34,525 nucleotides of DNA, from assembly GCF_001194135.2 (NCBI RefSeq), contig NC_068986.1:85765142-85799666 (forward strand). The letters run 5' to 3'. Positions 24,644 through 34,525 of the stretch are shown in pieces. Positions within the stretch are counted from its first letter, which is position 1. Each line of letters starts with the position of its first letter. This stretch comes from Octopus bimaculoides (taxonomy: Eukaryota). Under the pieces are notes generated by a model. It was given only the letters and a program-made list of their open reading frames with translations. It was not told where the DNA came from and did no database searches. The translations under genes were made by a program, and so were the position numbers.

Positions 24644-26014
24644 GTCGAATATATCCTGCCGATTTTTTAAAGGATTGTAGTATGGGACTAGAGGGATATT
24701 TAGTTGCTACTTCTAACAAAACGACTGATCCCGCAGATAGTTTTAATTATCTATTTATCTTGTCTTTGTTACTTTTCTTTTCTTTTCAACTGTACATCAT
24801 CCTATCCATTTACAGTGCTATATGCCACACAAATTGACCTTATGCTCGTTAAAGGCACTCCAGCTTAAAGATAATGCTAATGAAGCATTTTCGTGTAAAC
24901 AGCAATCCTGAGCAAACTCAATAGGTCTGACATTGTTCTATGCGAGAGGAAACATGTCTCCATGTACTTTTATGGACGGCAACTGCCTAGCAAATGTGAA
25001 TATCGGGACTAAAATTAAGGGCTGGCTATATAACATTACTTTAGGTTAAATATCATAGGATTAGTGGACATATAAAGCAATAGATTTGTATATATATAAA
25101 AAAAGGAATGATAGAACTTTCCATGACAAAAAACAAAAAAAAAAGCATATTAATTCGTATCCTCCAAATGCAAGCCATTAATGTTATAGAGAAGACTTAT
25201 GAAACCCCCTAAGATTGTTAATTACAGTTTTCTGAGATGAAAGTATGCGTACAGTCGCAAGTGTATATAACATATACACATACTACACATGCATTTAAAC
25301 AGTAATGAAACACATGTACTAAAGGTACATACATATTGATTCCGTGATTGCATCAGCATATATCAACACACTAACTCAATGTATTGGCAAATGTCAGATA
25401 TTGACTTAGGTCAAGAAAAGCGTCTTGTCACTTGGCTACAGACAGGTTAAATTTTTCCGAAAACTTAAAACATCATCAGTGTTTTCTCCATCCTCATTTT
25501 ATACCCATTCATGTTCTATCTCAAAGAAAATACAAGCGTAGACTCATTTACTCTACATACGCGTGCGCACACACTCACACACATACACATACACACATTA
25601 TACATGAATCCAAATACGCTTCCAAATACAAGTCATATAGCACAAATGACTCATGCTCTCTGAATCTACAAAAGTATTTGCAAGGTGTGTCTAAAATTTT
25701 AAGGATAAATGATCTGACGATAGATGACAAACAGAACTAGCGCTTTTGCATTACTACCTTGCAACTGAGTAGGTGGCCAGTCAAATTAAACTCTAAAATA
25801 ATCGTGTATTTTAGATGTTGCGTCTGGAATGTTTTCAGATCCTATAAATAAGAGGGATAACTATAGAAGTGGGTAATAAATTCTTTTGGAAATCAAAGCT
25901 TAGAATTTGAAATCTTAAATTTGGAAGTCAAAAAGGAAACTATAAAAGCTACAGAAGTTTATGCTAATACTACACATAAGGCGGAGACATTCTAGGAGCG
26001 GTTAGATAGATTTT

Positions 26015-26130
26015 AGGATGAACATGAAGAAGCTCGCTTTGAAACCAACTGCATTCCTGCCTACTTCTACTGCACGGCACTTGCGCAAAAATTTTCTACT
26101 ATATATCCAGACCGACCACCTTTGGAATAT
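26015..26130 (+). mobile_element. SINE family B, highly diverged
   Basis: aagaagctcgctttgaaacca...ctactgcacggcacttgcgcaa...ttctactata...agaccgacca aligns by eye with the 30100-30252 copy. Confidence 0.5.
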
Positions 26131-26175
26131 GGAATGGGAAGTCCGCCTTTTATATATATATATATATATACATAT

Positions 26176-26234
<59 letters not shown>

Positions 26235-27287
26235 NNNNNNNNNNNNNNNNNNNNNNNNNNNNNNNNNNNNNNNNNNNNNNNNNNNNNNNNNNNNNNNNNN
26301 NNNNNNNNNNNNNNNNNNNNNNNNNNNNNNNNNNNNNNNNNNNNNNNNNNNNNNNNNNNNNNNNNNNNNNNNNNNNNNNNNNNNNNNNNNNNNNNNNNNN
26401 NNNNNNNNNNNNNNNNNNNNNNNNNNNNNNNNNNNNNNNNNNNNNNNNNNNNNNNNNNNNNNNNNNNNNNNNNNNNNNNNNNNNNNNNNNNNNNNNNNNN
26501 NNNNNNNNNNNNNNNNNNNNNNNNNNNNNNNNNNNNNNNNNNNNNNNNNNNNNNNNNNNNNNNNNNNNNNNNNNNNNNNNNNNNNNNNNNNNNNNNNNNN
26601 NNNNNNNNNNNNNNNNNNNNNNNNNNNNNNNNNNNNNNNNNNNNNNNNNNNNNNNNNNNNNNNNNNNNNNNNNNNNNNNNNNNNNNNNNNNNNNNNNNNN
26701 NNNNNNNNNNNNNNNNNNNNNNNNNNNNNNNNNNNNNNNNNNNNNNNNNNNNNNNNNNNNNNNNNNNNNNNNNNNNNNNNNNNNNNNNNNNNNNNNNNNN
26801 NNNNNNNNNNNNNNNNNNNNNNNNNNNNNNNNNNNNNNNNNNNNNNNNNNNNNNNNNNNNNNNNNNNNNNNNNNNNNNNNNNNNNNNNNNNNNNNNNNNN
26901 NNNNNNNNNNNNNNNNNNNNNNNNNNNNNNNNNNNNNNNNNNNNNNNNNNNNNNNNNNNNNNNNNNNNNNNNNNNNNNNNNNNNNNNNNNNNNNNNNNNN
27001 NNNNNNNNNNNNNNNNNNNNNNACACAGACCCCCCCCATATATATATACATATATCCCTGCATATCTCAAGTCTGTTTTCATTCCTCCACTTCACTCTCT
27101 ATTTCATATCTTCTCTAGAATAACTATTGCTTAACCATTTTCTCACACCGCCTCCGATGAAGAGATATATATAGAATATCTCGGAAACAGCTGTAAGACA
27201 TTCTCTTTATAAATGTTCTGAAATCTTTCACAGCCTTGGACTTTTATCTCATTCTGTTAATTTTATATATAGAAAGACTTGTGGTTG

Positions 27288-27363
27288 GGCAGTTTAGCTT
27301 AATTGGTCGAGAGCACCGTGACGCGTAATCACGGAAGTGTGAGTTCGAGTCTCATGGCTGGCC
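27288..27363 (+). tRNA. tRNA-like gene or pseudogene, anticodon CGT (Thr), non-canonical (G33, 6-bp anticodon stem)
   Basis: Cloverleaf: acceptor GGCAGTT/GGCTGGC (one mismatch, two G-U), D stem GCTT/GAGC, anticodon stem CCGTGA/TCACGG with loop CGCGTAA, T stem GTGAG/CTCAT with loop TTCGAGT. A box TAGCTTAATTGG, B box GTTCGAGTC, TTTT at 27374-27377, TATA-rich sequence upstream. Confidence 0.65.
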
Positions 27364-27529
27364 GCCTGCACTATTTTCTGCAAAATAGGGGTAGTTTATC
27401 CTGTTCAGGCTATATTATTAGCATTATCCTGCGTTTGAGAAATTAAAATCACTTCTTTAACTTTCCAAGACATCTCAACGCTTCTAAAATCAAACTTCGT
27501 TTGTTTGTTTACGTTCATCGTAATTTGAA

Positions 27530-27610
<81 letters not shown>

Positions 27611-27896
27611 CATATGTGTGTAAGTATGTGTGTGTCTGTGTTTGTTTTAGTTCACTACCAAAACCCAGCAATCTCTTACGAGTTTCCTCAAATGAGAACT
27701 ATAAATTAAGTATGAGACTAAAACATATGTAATGAGGTCTATTTGACTAAACTCTTGAAGGCGATGCCTCAGGGTGGGTGCAGCCACGCGAATAAAGGAA
27801 ATCAAATATAAAAAATAAAAAGAAAATGCTACAATAGAGCTTTGTTGTTCTCTTTTTACAGGATGAAGTAATAATCGTTTCGAGTGTTGTGTAAAA

Positions 27897-28164
27897 GAGT
27901 GATTCCCAAACTGGGTGGTACTGCTCCCTCAGGGGTAGTGGTAAAATCAAGGGCTCGTCGAATAACAGTGAGGCGATGGTCAAAAGGTGGATGCATCGAT
28001 GTAAAAAAAACCTAAATTAATGGGTTCTTTAGGTTAAGTTTTATTTTTGAAATGCGGTTGTTTTGAATATGCCGCAGAAAATGCACTATGTTTGAGATGA
28101 TGAGTGGAGATGGAGAGCCAAAATATTGGCCAGGGCGGCAGCCTGAAAAGTTTTTCAAACACTG
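27897..28164. mobile_element. hAT/Charlie-like MITE (268 bp)
   Basis: Ends gagtgattcccaaact and agtttttcaaacactg resemble CAGTG.TTC.CAAAC-type hAT TIRs. The 8-bp flanks gtgtaaaa and gtcgaaaa match at 6/8, consistent with a decayed 8-bp TSD. Confidence 0.55.
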
Positions 28165-29325
28165 GTCGAAAAGATATGTACCTCTTCAATGATTTGGTGT
28201 TTGTAAAGAATATTGATTTCATGTTTGTGGAAATACATATTGATGTATAAAAACAAAAGTGGGTAGAAACTTTTGAAATTACATGCATAGAATGAGAATG
28301 AAAAGTTTGAGTAAAAGGAAGAATTGGTTGGTAGGCAAAATAAAACGGTAGAATGGATGAAATTTAGCTGTTTTAAAGACAAATTTTTAAGGGAAATTTC
28401 GTCGGATTACAGAAACAAAGAAGTGAGAATTACATAGAAAAAAAAAAAATTAATGACCGGCTTAAATTTATAGAAGAAAAACGTAAGTATTAGGAAAGTA
28501 TTTTAGAGTTTCGAAAGAATTTTAGTGGAGGGAAGATAATAGGAAATAAATGAGAGTTGAGTAGGAAAATATAAGCTTTCCATACGGACTGCTAATGCTC
28601 AAGGTAAAGAATCTTAAAGTAGAGTTTGCTAAAAATGTTTATAAAGTAAGTAAAGTTAAGGAAATATTGAAAGGGATGATTAAAGAATTAAGGGGAAAGA
28701 TATCATACAAAAGAATAGAAGGAATGAATTGAATAACTTTAGTGAATAATATAAAAAGGGATAATAAATGTGGTTATCACAATAAAAAATAAATAAATAA
28801 AAGTAAGGAAAAACGCTATTAATTAAGGAAAGCTGGAAATTTCTTTAGAAAATGTAAACAAAGACAGAAGTATATGTAAAATATTGATAAAATTGACAGG
28901 CAAGCTTTTGAAAAAAATCAATTATATATACTAATCTTTCTAACAAGTAAATATAAACAAAAGCTAGCTATAGGAATAAAATGAAATACGTAAATACATG
29001 TGTGTGCGCGTACACACACACACACATACACATATAAATGTATACACACATATACATTAATGTGAGTAAGTGTGTATTTCATAAATATGCATATACACCC
29101 ATTGCCTTTTTTTCTATCTTCTATCGCAGTTTGTATAGCAGCATCCGTACACGAAACAGCCTAACTTTCAGTGCTGGCTCAACATTACATATTGTCCGTG
29201 CGACATGTTATAGCTTCTTCAAAGGCATTTAAAAGCAAAAAAAAAAAAAAAAAAAAACTTCTTGTGGCAGAAACAGTTGTATGCTAAAGGAAATGATTAT
29301 GTAACTGATGTCCTTTTATTCAATC

Positions 29326-29641
29326 GAGAGACTCAAACTCAACCACACTGTGGCCATATATTTTGCTAGGATCCTCTCCGTCCTGTCCTACATATTAGCA
29401 CTCCCTGGTTGAATTTCTTGCACGCGAGTTCATTATCCGTCCACCCAACGCCCGAGATTGTGAGTGCGGAATTTCAGGGCCATGAGAGACTCAAGCTCAA
29501 GCATGCTGTGGCCATATATTTTGCTAGCATCCTCCCCGTCCTGTCCTAAATATTAACACACCCGCTTTGAATTTCTGGGACGCGGATTCATTATCCGTCC
29601 ACCCAACGCCCGAGATTGTGAGTGCAGAGTTTCAGGGCCAT
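29326..29641. repeat. Head-to-tail duplication of a complex 158-bp unit
   Basis: Copies at 29326-29483 and 29484-29641, about 18 substitutions by manual count, no indels. Confidence 0.95.
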
Positions 29642-29854
29642 GACGGGGCACAAGTACATTAATATTTTCATAGCTGTGTAAAACCTGTTATGTAATACAT
29701 TTACTAGTCCCTTTTTGATAGAGGGAGCCGGAAGAACTAATAAATTCATCTCGCTGCTTCATCCACAAATTATGAATATGAAGTAAAACGTTGCTTTCTG
29801 AAGTAGCTGTCGAGATAACATATTATTTAATATATTCATATTTTTATGCTTTAT

Positions 29855-30252
29855 ATGTGTCAGTCATTAGACTGAACCATGCTGGAACATCGCCTTGAAG
29901 GACTTTTAGTTGAATGAATCGACCCTTAATATATATTTATTTTTAAAGCCTGATACTCATTCTATCGTTCTCATGTGACAAACCACTAGGGTATGGGGAT
30001 GGGAGACAGACATACATAAACAAATATATATACCTATACAAATATACACATACACACATACATACACACACACACATATATATGTATGTATGTATATATG
30101 ACAGGATTCTTCCGGTTTCCATCTACCAAATCCACTCAGAAGGATTTGGTCGACCCGAAGTAATAGCAGAATACACTTGGCCAAGTTGCCATGCAGTGGG
30201 GCTGAACCTGGAACCATGTGGTTAGGAAGCAAGCTTGTTACCACACAACCAC
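29855..30252 (-). mobile_element. SINE family B, near full length, with internal (TA/CA)n linker
   Basis: Head 30100-30252 on minus: gtggttgtgtggtaacaagcttgcttcctaaccacatggttccaggttcagccccactgcatggcaacttggccaagtg (A/B-box-like). Microsatellite ~30010-30100. Tail 29855-30010: gatagaatgagtatcaggctt...gtcgattc...ggcgatgttccagcatggttcagtctaatgactgac. Confidence 0.75.
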
Positions 30253-30319
30253 TCTTACTCTATATTTTACGGCTCCATATGAATATATACCAGGCTTAAT
30301 TTGTGTTTCTCTACCTTAC

Positions 30320-30382
30320 TACCTCCATAACAGCTAGACCTGGATTTCTCTTATAGTCACTATTAATACTGTGGCCCTTACT
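30320..30382 (-). CDS. Candidate 63-nt exon (SKGHSINSDYKRNPGLAVMEV), unproven
   Basis: Strong acceptor ttcttcttttttccttcag, donor GTA|GTAAGG (or GAG|GTAGTA at 30323), open phase-0 frame. Confidence 0.25.
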
Positions 30383-31336
30383 CTGAAGGAAAAAAGAAGA
30401 ATGTAAACTGAAATTATTTCAAGCACCACAATATATNNNNNNNNNNNNNNNNNNNNNNNNNNNNNNNNNNNNNNNNNNNNNNNNNNNNNNNNNNNNNNNN
30501 NNNNNNNNNNNNNNNNNNNNNNNNNNNNNNNNNNNNNNNNNNNNNNNNNNNNNNNNNNNNNNNNNTATATATATACACTCACACTCACACACATCGTTTT
30601 GGGATTTGATTTGCAAGATTATTTATGTGAGTTCGTGTGTTGAAGCATATTTTGTTGTGTCTGAGGAGAGTCATTCTCTTTTGGTGCCTTATTAGTTAAC
30701 ACACCGGTAATGTTTCCATTCATTTACTTATTTATTTATTCCTAAAATTTTAGTTGCGTCTTTCAACCTTTTCAATAGTTGTTGACTCTGTCCGTTATCT
30801 GAGCTGCATTCCTTTTGTTTGTTTGTGCGCATGTGTGTGGGTCAGTGTGTGCGCACATGTTTGTGGGTCAGTGTGTGTACGCATAGACATGTATGCATGT
30901 ATGTATGTATGTATGTATGTAATTGTTAAATAATTAAATGATGCACCCAATAATGCTTTGTAATATTAGCGTACAAACAGCAATTTCGGTATAGAGCTAA
31001 TTAAAACAAGTATGCACATACACTTTCCTCCTTTCATCCTCTCTCTCTTTCCCTCCTCTCTTTGTCTTCGTACATAAGCACACACACACAAACATTTTGT
31101 TAAGTAAATATCGTTATATATTGCTAGACATGTGATATCAAACTTTCATGCGTTACATAGATATCCAACGTTTGAGTATAAGAGGTCAAATATATAATTT
31201 ATTGCAGTATGGTTTAATGCGTATCTTGTAAAATATACAAGACAGAACAGAATATGGCGAAAGATAAAAAGTAATTGTAATTCTGTAATATTCAAATATT
31301 CTTTGGTAAAATAAACGTGAAGCACTTAATATTAGA

Positions 31337-31548
31337 TTAAAATTTTGATACAAGGACAGCAACTTTAGTGTAGGGTTATAACCGATGACATCTAGCTCAG
31401 CACTTAACTGCTACTTAATATATCGACTCCAAAGGGGTCAAAAGCGAAGTCGACTTCGACAGAATTTGAACTCAGAAGGTTAAGACGGTTGAAATACCGT
31501 TAAGGAATTTTGCCGGCGTGCGAACGGTTCTTACCAGCTCACTGTCTT
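31337..31548 (-). mobile_element. SINE family A, near full length
   Basis: aaagcgaagtcgacttcgacagaatttgaactcagaagg..gaaataccgttaagg..tttgccggcgtgcgaacggttcttaccagctcac is the reverse complement of the family A head and core. Confidence 0.85.
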
Positions 31549-31673
31549 GTGAAGTTTTACCTATAATGAAATAATACACCTTATTGAAAAAAAAAAAAAA
31601 ACACAGTAAAACGCTGCTAAACTATATTCTAAATTAAAATTGAAATCTAAAAATAATGCTGGAAATGCCTCAA

Positions 31674-31674
<1 letters not shown>

Positions 31675-31723
<49 letters not shown>
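31675..31723. repeat. (CTAT)n microsatellite
   Basis: Direct reading. Confidence 0.97.
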
Positions 31724-32000
31724 ATGTTAAAATCTCATAGTGATTTGTCACCACTCACAAATCCCATGATCTGATCACCGAAACTTAAAGAATCTAAACA
31801 TATTCATAATTGAATGGTTAATTCGTTATTTTCCTTCAATAACCTGCATGTTTACAAATGCTAGCTCAATTTTATCATTTCACGTGAATTTCACACTTGC
31901 ACAGTAGAACATATCTGTGTGTGTATACATGTGCGTGATTGTGTGTGATTGTGTGCGTGATTGTGTTTATATGTGTGTGTATGTGCATGTGGATATGTGT

Positions 32001-32039
<39 letters not shown>

Positions 32040-32172
32040 CTAGTTGGCAATGGGCATGTATATACATATGAGTGCTTGTTTGATTATGCAATACCACTTC
32101 AATAAACCTTTATTGTGTATGCTTGTGTGTGAATAGATATGTGTGTATGAGTACCATCTGCACAAAACTTAC

Positions 32173-32198
32173 AGAGTCAAGTCGCCGTTGTCATACTC
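32173..32198 (-). CDS. Candidate 26-nt exon (EYDNGDLTL), unproven
   Basis: Donor CT|GTAAGT, acceptor ..aacgtcgcag with an upstream pyrimidine tract, only one open frame. Confidence 0.2.
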
Positions 32199-32383
32199 CT
32201 GCGACGTTTAAGGCATTATTTATGAAGTTAAAAGGAAAGTTTCACAGCGGATGTTAAAACGTACTGATTATACATTGTACATACAACTGTTTTACTTTGA
32301 TGTTTTGCTTATACTCATAACTAATTGATATTACAAATTCGAAATGTATTTATGATTTATTTAGAAAAAAGAAAACTCATTAT

Positions 32384-32534
<151 letters not shown>

Positions 32535-32711
32535 TTGAGTGGTATTGGAGAATAGATCTGAGGAAAGATTAAACGTATTAAGAATGAATAGGGAAATCAG
32601 CGGCCTCATTCTCGTTGTTCATCCTGCATATGACTTATATTTATGATATACACGCACGTATACAATTGACAACAATATACATCGAAAGCCTACCCACCTC
32701 TACGCATACAC

Positions 32712-32749
<38 letters not shown>

Positions 32750-33748
32750 NNNNNNNNNNNNNNNNNNNNNNNNNNNNNNNNNNNNNNNNNNNNNNNNNNN
32801 NNNNNNNNNNNNNNNNNNNNNNNNNNNNNNNNNNNNNNNNNNNNNNNNNNNNNNNNNNNNNNNNNNNNNNNNNNNNNNNNNNNNNNNNNNNNNNNNNNNN
32901 NNNNNNNNNNNNNNNNNNNNNNNNNNNNNNNNNNNNNNNNNNNNNNNNNNNNNNNNNNNNNNNNNNNNNNNNNNNNNNNNNNNNNNNNNNNNNNNNNNNN
33001 NNNNNNNNNNNNNNNNNNNNNNNNNNNNNNNNNNNNNNNNNNNNNNNNNNNNNNNNNNNNNNNNNNNNNNNNNNNNNNNNNNNNNNNNNNNNNNNNNNNN
33101 NNNNNNNNNNNNNNNNNNNNNNNNNNNNNNNNNNNNNNNNNNNNNNNNNNNNNNNNNNNNNNNNNNNNNNNNNNNNNNNNNNNNNNNNNNNNNNNNNNNN
33201 NNNNNNNNNNNNNNNNNNNNNNNNNNNNNNNNNNNNNNNNNNNNNNNNNNNNNNNNNNNNNNNNNNNNNNNNNNNNNNNNNNNNNNNNNNNNNNNNNNNN
33301 NNNNNNNNNNNNNNNNNNNNNNNNNNNNNNNNNNNNNNNNNNNNNNNNNNNNNNNNNNNNNNNNNNNNNNNNNNNNNNNNNNNNNNNNNNNNNNNNNNNN
33401 NNNNNNNNNNNNNNNNNNNNNNNNNNNNNNNNNNNNNNNNNNNNNNNNNNNNNNNNNNNNNNNNNNNNNNNNNNNNNNNNNNNNNNNNNNNNNNNNNNNN
33501 NNNNNNNNNNNNNNNNNNNNNNNNNNNNNNNNNNNNNNNNNNNNNNNNNNNNNNNNNNNNNNNNNNNNNNNNNNNNNNNNNNNNNNNNNNNNNNNNNNNN
33601 NNNNNNNNNNNNNNNNNNNNNNNNNNNNNNNNNNNNNNNNNNNNNNNNNNNNNNNNNNNNNNNNNNNNNNNNNNNNNNNNNNNNNNNNNNNNNNNNNNNN
33701 NNNNNNNNNNNNNNNNNNNNNNNNNNNNNNNNNNNNNNNNNNNNNNNN

Positions 33749-33799
<51 letters not shown>

Positions 33800-33843
33800 G
33801 CGCGTATGCTTGTCTGTTTTGGTTTCTTTGTATGTTTGCTTAC

Positions 33844-33926
33844 CCCCGCGCTCTTCTAAAACGGATGTAATACTAGAGGTGTACACAAGCTGGTAACTTT
33901 GAAATCTATACCCCTGGGCTGAAGCA
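33844..33926 (-). CDS. Candidate 83-nt exon (ASAQGYRFQSYQLVYTSSITSVLEERG), unproven
   Basis: Strong acceptor ctcatttttattccctttgtag, donor GGG|GTAAGC, single open frame in non-repetitive sequence. Confidence 0.3.
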
Positions 33927-34049
33927 CTACAAAGGGAATAAAAATGAGCTCATGTATTTCATTTAAGGACATTCAGTGTAGATTCTTTGCACACCAGCTT
34001 TTGGTGAACACCTGACGTGGGTACACTATATCTAATTAATTATTGCTTT

Positions 34050-34525
34050 GACATATTGTCCTTGTAGTTACTATTGTTTATATACCATGTTATAACTGCT
34101 ACAGTTATTACCATTGCGAATAATTAGTGTATTTATTGCTCGAAGGTGTTTACTTATGTGCCCTTATGTTTAACCATAATAATAATCATTTGAGAGGAAT
34201 GACTGACAGTCGTGATTCGAGGTGGAGTATTTTTTAAAGTTTCAATTCTGTTTCGAATTCATATGTCGAATCGATGTGATGGGCACCATTGCAGGTATCA
34301 GTCGAGTTACTCGACCACCGTGACTGTCATCACAATCGTTCACCACCGTCGTCTTAATCGTTGTCATCGTAGTCGTCATTGTCATTGTTATGGTGGTTGT
34401 CTTCGCAGCCATCACCGTCGTCATTGACGCCGCCTTCAATGATCTTCATCTACGTCGTCGTCGTCGTCTTCAGCCACTTCCCTTTCCTCCTCCTCCTTCT
34501 CCTCGGCCCCTCCTCCTCCTCCCCC
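34050..34525. repeat. Degenerate trinucleotide repeats (GTC/ATC/GTT) ending in (CCT)n
   Basis: Direct reading. Confidence 0.75.

Noticed and set aside
25978-26149. 8-bp inverted repeat aaggcgga/tccgcctt suggesting a MITE
   Set aside because: It does not extend, has no TSD, and the interior is explained by a diverged family B SINE.
28300-28980. Possible mitochondrial insertion (NUMT)
   Set aside because: No recognisable mitochondrial protein, rRNA or tRNA motifs on either strand.
29326-29641. CRISPR-like or coding tandem repeat
   Set aside because: Only two 158-bp units with no repeat-spacer architecture, eukaryotic context, not a multiple of 3, and stops in all frames.

Overview
Repeat-saturated, AT-rich eukaryotic genomic DNA, mostly intronic or intergenic, from a gapped draft assembly. 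There are 10 N-gaps totalling about 4.8 kb: 2646-3043, 5416-5629, 9389-10308, 10982-11400, 18013-18208, 21188-21671, 22994-23284, 26235-27022, 30437-30565 and 32750-33748. The extreme microsatellite density and the tRNA-derived SINE families resemble an Octopus genome; this is recognition from memory, not a database search. No intact protein-coding gene can be supported, and nearly all long ORFs in the track are artefacts of N-runs or simple repeats. Well-supported content: a decayed CRE-clade (RLE-type) non-LTR retrotransposon with an in-frame deletion of the RT core (6528-7522); four mariner relics or MITEs (5744-5928, 10407-10969 with both TIRs, 11887-12560, 20074-21025); a hAT-like MITE (27897-28164); about 11 SINE copies in three families; a tRNA-like gene with a CGT anticodon, G33 and a 6-bp anticodon stem (27288-27363); an indel-free 158-bp tandem duplication (29326-29641); and a ~5 kb strand-asymmetric degenerate trinucleotide field (12880-17760). 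A few short candidate exons exist on both strands but are unproven. I found no convincing novel multi-gene system.
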